Shown: positions 21,679 to 24,000 of the stretch, piece by piece | How the letters are laid out: the number at the start of each line of letters is the position of its first letter | Numbering within the stretch: the stretch's first letter is position 1 | Assembly: GCA_900478215.1 (NCBI GenBank) | Contig: LS483478.1 | Coordinates: 1,353,831-1,377,830 of the forward strand | DNA length: 24,000 nucleotides | Reading direction: 5' to 3' | Source of the DNA: Salmonella enterica subsp. houtenae serovar Houten | Lineage (GTDB): Bacteria > Pseudomonadota > Gammaproteobacteria > Enterobacterales > Enterobacteriaceae | Program-made: the position numbers and the translations under genes | Notes under the pieces: model-generated | What the model was told of the DNA's origin: nothing | The model's input: the letters and a program-made list of their open reading frames with translations, nothing else | The model's database searches: none

Positions 21679-21686
21679 GTGGAGTT

Positions 21687-21935
21687 TTATGCGGCGCTGT
21701 GCGGCCTGAATGTCACATCGCCACGCCCGGCCAGGAGTCCTTCAATAGAAACATCCTCATTGAGGCTATCCCAATGAATACCACGGCGGCTTAACTCAAA
21801 GTCGTTTCGCTCATCAGGGCTGGCGTGCATCAATTTGGGAAACCATGCCAACGGTACGCCCAGCGTGCGGGCATCGCTTAACTCTACCCACATATTGTAT
21901 TCGTCGAACTTTACGTTCTTAGGCGAAATAGTCAT
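21687..21935 (-). CDS. DUF2442-domain protein
   Basis: 82 aa starting at an ATG. The pattern ...WVELSDARTLGVPLAWFPKLMHASPDERNDFELSRRGIHWDSLNEDVSIEGLLAG fits the DUF2442 signature as I recall it (L.DGR...PL..FP.L..A....R..W......GI.W..LDEDIS.E.LL.G). It overlaps the upstream gene by 17 nt. Confidence 0.75.
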   Translation of the reverse strand: MTISPKNVKFDEYNMWVELSDARTLGVPLAWFPKLMHASPDERNDFELSRRGIHWDSLNEDVSIEGLLAGRGDVTFRPHSAA

Positions 21936-22161
21936 TCCACGCCTCCATTAGTAGTTTGCGATTTTCTTCCACCACGCCCACCAGTTCCTTCAGATCGCGA
22001 GCATTAAAACCATCATTACGCGCCAGCAGCACTTCTGGTGTTAGCCAAAATTTTGCCTCACCATCAGTGCCGCGAACGTGAATATGTGCCGGTTCACGGG
22101 GATCACCCTCATTCGAATAGAAAAAGAACCGATACCCCTTAAATCTTAGTATGACAGGCAT
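21919..22161 (-). CDS. DUF4160-domain protein
   Basis: 80 aa, MPVILRFKGYRFFFYSNEGDPREPAHIHVRGTDGEAKFWL...; the GYRFFFYSNE...P.H.HV....EAKFWL pattern is the DUF4160 hallmark as I recall it. Its usual genomic partner is DUF2442. Confidence 0.75.
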   Translation of the reverse strand: MPVILRFKGYRFFFYSNEGDPREPAHIHVRGTDGEAKFWLTPEVLLARNDGFNARDLKELVGVVEENRKLLMEAWNDYFA

Positions 22162-22182
22162 AAATAAGTTCTCAATATTTGG

Positions 22183-22815
22183 TTAATTGATTCGATTCAG
22201 GGGCTGCTTCGTATACAGCAGACCACCAGCCATAGACACAATGAAATCATCGACATAAGCATCAACCCCGTACCACAGGCTTTGCTGTGCTATCCCTTCA
22301 TGTAAAGGATAAATATCAAGGGTTTCAAGAGGCGAAGCATCTTCAGGTATCTCGCCATCAGGATAGGCTTCGGCGTAGTCGTCTGGGTCTGTAAACCGCC
22401 AGAATTCTTCGTGTGTTATACCAGAATTCGCAAAGGTCATCACATTGGTAGTGCAAGCGGCATCTATCAGCGCCGTCACTTCCTGAATGATAAGCCCGGC
22501 GATCATCCTTGGTAATCGTTCTGTATCTATACCGGTGATGACTGTCTGTGCGTATTCTCTGTAGCGTTCGTCAGTGCCACGGTATCTGTATTCTTCAATA
22601 AAGTCAGCAATCAGGCAAAGTGAGTCAGAAATCTCGCGCCTGTCCTTCTCTGCACTTCTCCTGAAGGGGATAGCCATCAGGTTGGTAAGGATATTCAAAA
22701 AGTAAGGCTTAAGCCCGCTAAATCGAGCTGGTAGCGTTTCTACGGCGTTTTTTATGTATGCCTCATATTTCTTTTTAGTCCCAAAGCTCGACAGCCGCAG
22801 CCATATCTCGCGCAT
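22183..22815 (-). CDS. Hypothetical 210-aa protein with no family recognised (helical N-half, strongly acidic C-half)
   Basis: Uninterrupted ORF with an ATG start at 22813-22815 and a weak SD. It overlaps the helicase 3' end by 41 nt. The alternative start at Met47 (22677) would remove the overlap. It is co-oriented in the operon. Confidence 0.6.
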   Translation of the reverse strand: MREIWLRLSSFGTKKKYEAYIKNAVETLPARFSGLKPYFLNILTNLMAIPFRRSAEKDRREISDSLCLIADFIEEYRYRGTDERYREYAQTVITGIDTERLPRMIAGLIIQEVTALIDAACTTNVMTFANSGITHEEFWRFTDPDDYAEAYPDGEIPEDASPLETLDIYPLHEGIAQQSLWYGVDAYVDDFIVSMAGGLLYTKQPLNRIN

Positions 22816-24000
22816 GGCCTACATCATTGCTTGCCATTTCTGCAATCATGTTTTCCTGTACAGCTTCAAAAATTTCAGTTTCGGTGTAACCGGTTATGCT
22901 TGCAGACATCATCCCGGCAGCATAAACAATGCCGTACAGCGCGTGCGCCCTGACTTTGTGTCCCTCACGTGCGTTCATTGCTTCGGAATACTGCTCGCGC
23001 ATCAAGTCTTCAAACTGCATTGAGTAGGTTTTTAAGTTAGCTTGAACTCCGCGCCATCCAAGCTTGCTCAAATGATTTAGCCATTCCACGCCCGCTACGC
23101 CGTTGCATGACAGCATTGCAGATGTCAGGGCACTGGCGAAACTTCTTATATCGTTGTAGCCCTTGAGGTCTTGCGGTTCGATGAAAGGCTGCTCAATCAA
23201 GCGTCCTTCCGCGCCAGCTTTAAAACGGTGCTTCTCTTTTTGCCAAAGTTCGTCGGCTATCGTTTTTTCCGCAGTCATCAGGCAAATAGTGCTAAACGAA
23301 GTTACGGGCAGGTTTTTACCGTCTTGACCGCTGCGGCCTTTGGCCTTGCCGTTCGCTATCGAGTAAACAAGGTTTTCAAAGTCAGCACCCCGAAGGTTGG
23401 GCATTGCTGACAGGTCATCGATACGCATTGCAGAACCGCTGGAACATACGGCGCTATTGATGATTGCTGTATAGGTGGCGTTCGCGCTTTCAGTGAGCTG
23501 GTCAGGATTGCCCCATAAGCTTGCGCCGAGCTTCATAGCCAGTGTTTTACCTTTGCCTGAGCGCCCATATACATTGACCGTGATACCTTCAGCTTTGATT
23601 GAGCCGTTACGGACAGGAAACAGAACGGATGCCAGCTCAAGCAGGATCTGAAACGTAAGGCTGTGGTTGCCTTTGGTTAGCTCAATGACGCTTGTCCGAT
23701 AATCCTCAACAGTACCAACCGCAGCCGATCTGTATTTGCTATCTACTGGACTATCGAACTCAAAAAGCACGCTGTCAGACAGATATGTTTTACCGGATTG
23801 GGATACATAGAATTTTATGGCGTTATGCTCATGCCAGCCCGGAGCCGAACCATATACAGCGGATGGCAAATCTTGCTCAACAAGATAAGCGTTGCGATAG
23901 AAATCAATGTACGCCCCATCTACAACGACTTCTGAGCCGAGCGACCTTAAAGCGGCGGCGAGGCGCTTAGCATCGCTTGACCATGGCAAAGAAACGCGGC
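22775..24000 (-). CDS. DUF927-type P-loop replicative helicase (Cch/SaPI-Rep-like), C-terminal ~408 codons; the N-terminus lies beyond the window
   Basis: The frame is open to the window edge, and the track start at 23989 is an internal TTG. Walker A is VYGRSGKGKTLA, and a Walker-B-like SAMRIDDLS lies downstream. Overall similarity to DUF927 proteins is judged from memory. Full-length relatives usually carry an N-terminal primase/Toprim region. Confidence 0.8.
   Translation of the reverse strand, partial: RVSLPWSSDAKRLAAALRSLGSEVVVDGAYIDFYRNAYLVEQDLPSAVYGSAPGWHEHNAIKFYVSQSGKTYLSDSVLFEFDSPVDSKYRSAAVGTVEDYRTSVIELTKGNHSLTFQILLELASVLFPVRNGSIKAEGITVNVYGRSGKGKTLAMKLGASLWGNPDQLTESANATYTAIINSAVCSSGSAMRIDDLSAMPNLRGADFENLVYSIANGKAKGRSGQDGKNLPVTSFSTICLMTAEKTIADELWQKEKHRFKAGAEGRLIEQPFIEPQDLKGYNDIRSFASALTSAMLSCNGVAGVEWLNHLSKLGWRGVQANLKTYSMQFEDLMREQYSEAMNAREGHKVRAHALYGIVYAAGMMSASITGYTETEIFEAVQENMIAEMASNDVGHARDMAAAVELWD

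Larger units (their letters stand above)
19421..24000. mobile_element. Left part of a prophage-remnant or satellite/PICI-like genomic island (continues beyond the window)
   Basis: Gene content consists of a cI/LexA-type repressor, a switch region, lipoprotein morons, a DUF4160/DUF2442 pair and a DUF927 helicase. The segment is visibly more AT-rich than the core block, and none of these genes has a counterpart in the recalled K-12 synteny. No integrase, att site or structural genes are visible, so boundaries and class are uncertain. Confidence 0.7.

Noticed and set aside
22754-23023. Plus-strand ORFs inside the DUF927 gene (22754-23023, 23171-23410, 23692-23970)
   Set aside because: They are antisense to a gene with a clear Walker A motif and a long open frame. 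Their composition and lack of an SD argue against coding.

Overview
Enterobacterial, Salmonella-type chromosome; identifications rest on recalled protein sequences and E. coli K-12 synteny, with no searches run. Bases 1-17.1 kb are a conserved core block: mntH (3' part), ypeC, yfeO, glk, fryB, fryC, ypdF, ypdE, fryA, ypdC, alaC, ypdK, lpxP. It differs from K-12 in three ways. A two-gene islet (aldo-keto reductase plus ipdC, with a near-consensus TyrR box) sits between ypeC and yfeO. There is no ypdAB between ypdC and alaC. fryA is broken by a single in-frame TAG. Bases 17.1-19.4 kb are AT-richer and carry an ERIC repeat in the lpxP upstream region, a yfdY-like small membrane protein, a possible decayed gene and the omptin protease pgtE. 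Bases 19.4-24.0 kb are the visible part of a mobile element that runs off the window. It has an SOS-cleavable cI/LexA-like repressor, a divergent switch region, two translationally coupled lipoprotein genes, about 0.6 kb of non-coding DNA with paired DnaA-box-like sites, and a tightly packed leftward operon: DUF927 helicase (partial), a 210-aa orphan, DUF4160 and DUF2442. No integrase, tRNA, or capsid, tail or lysis genes are visible. That helicase-linked three-gene cargo, followed by the lipoprotein pair, is my best candidate for something undescribed. No CRISPR array, rRNA or tRNA was seen. The ORF track uses TTG/GTG as well as ATG starts, so several N-termini were trimmed to ATG codons with Shine-Dalgarno sequences.
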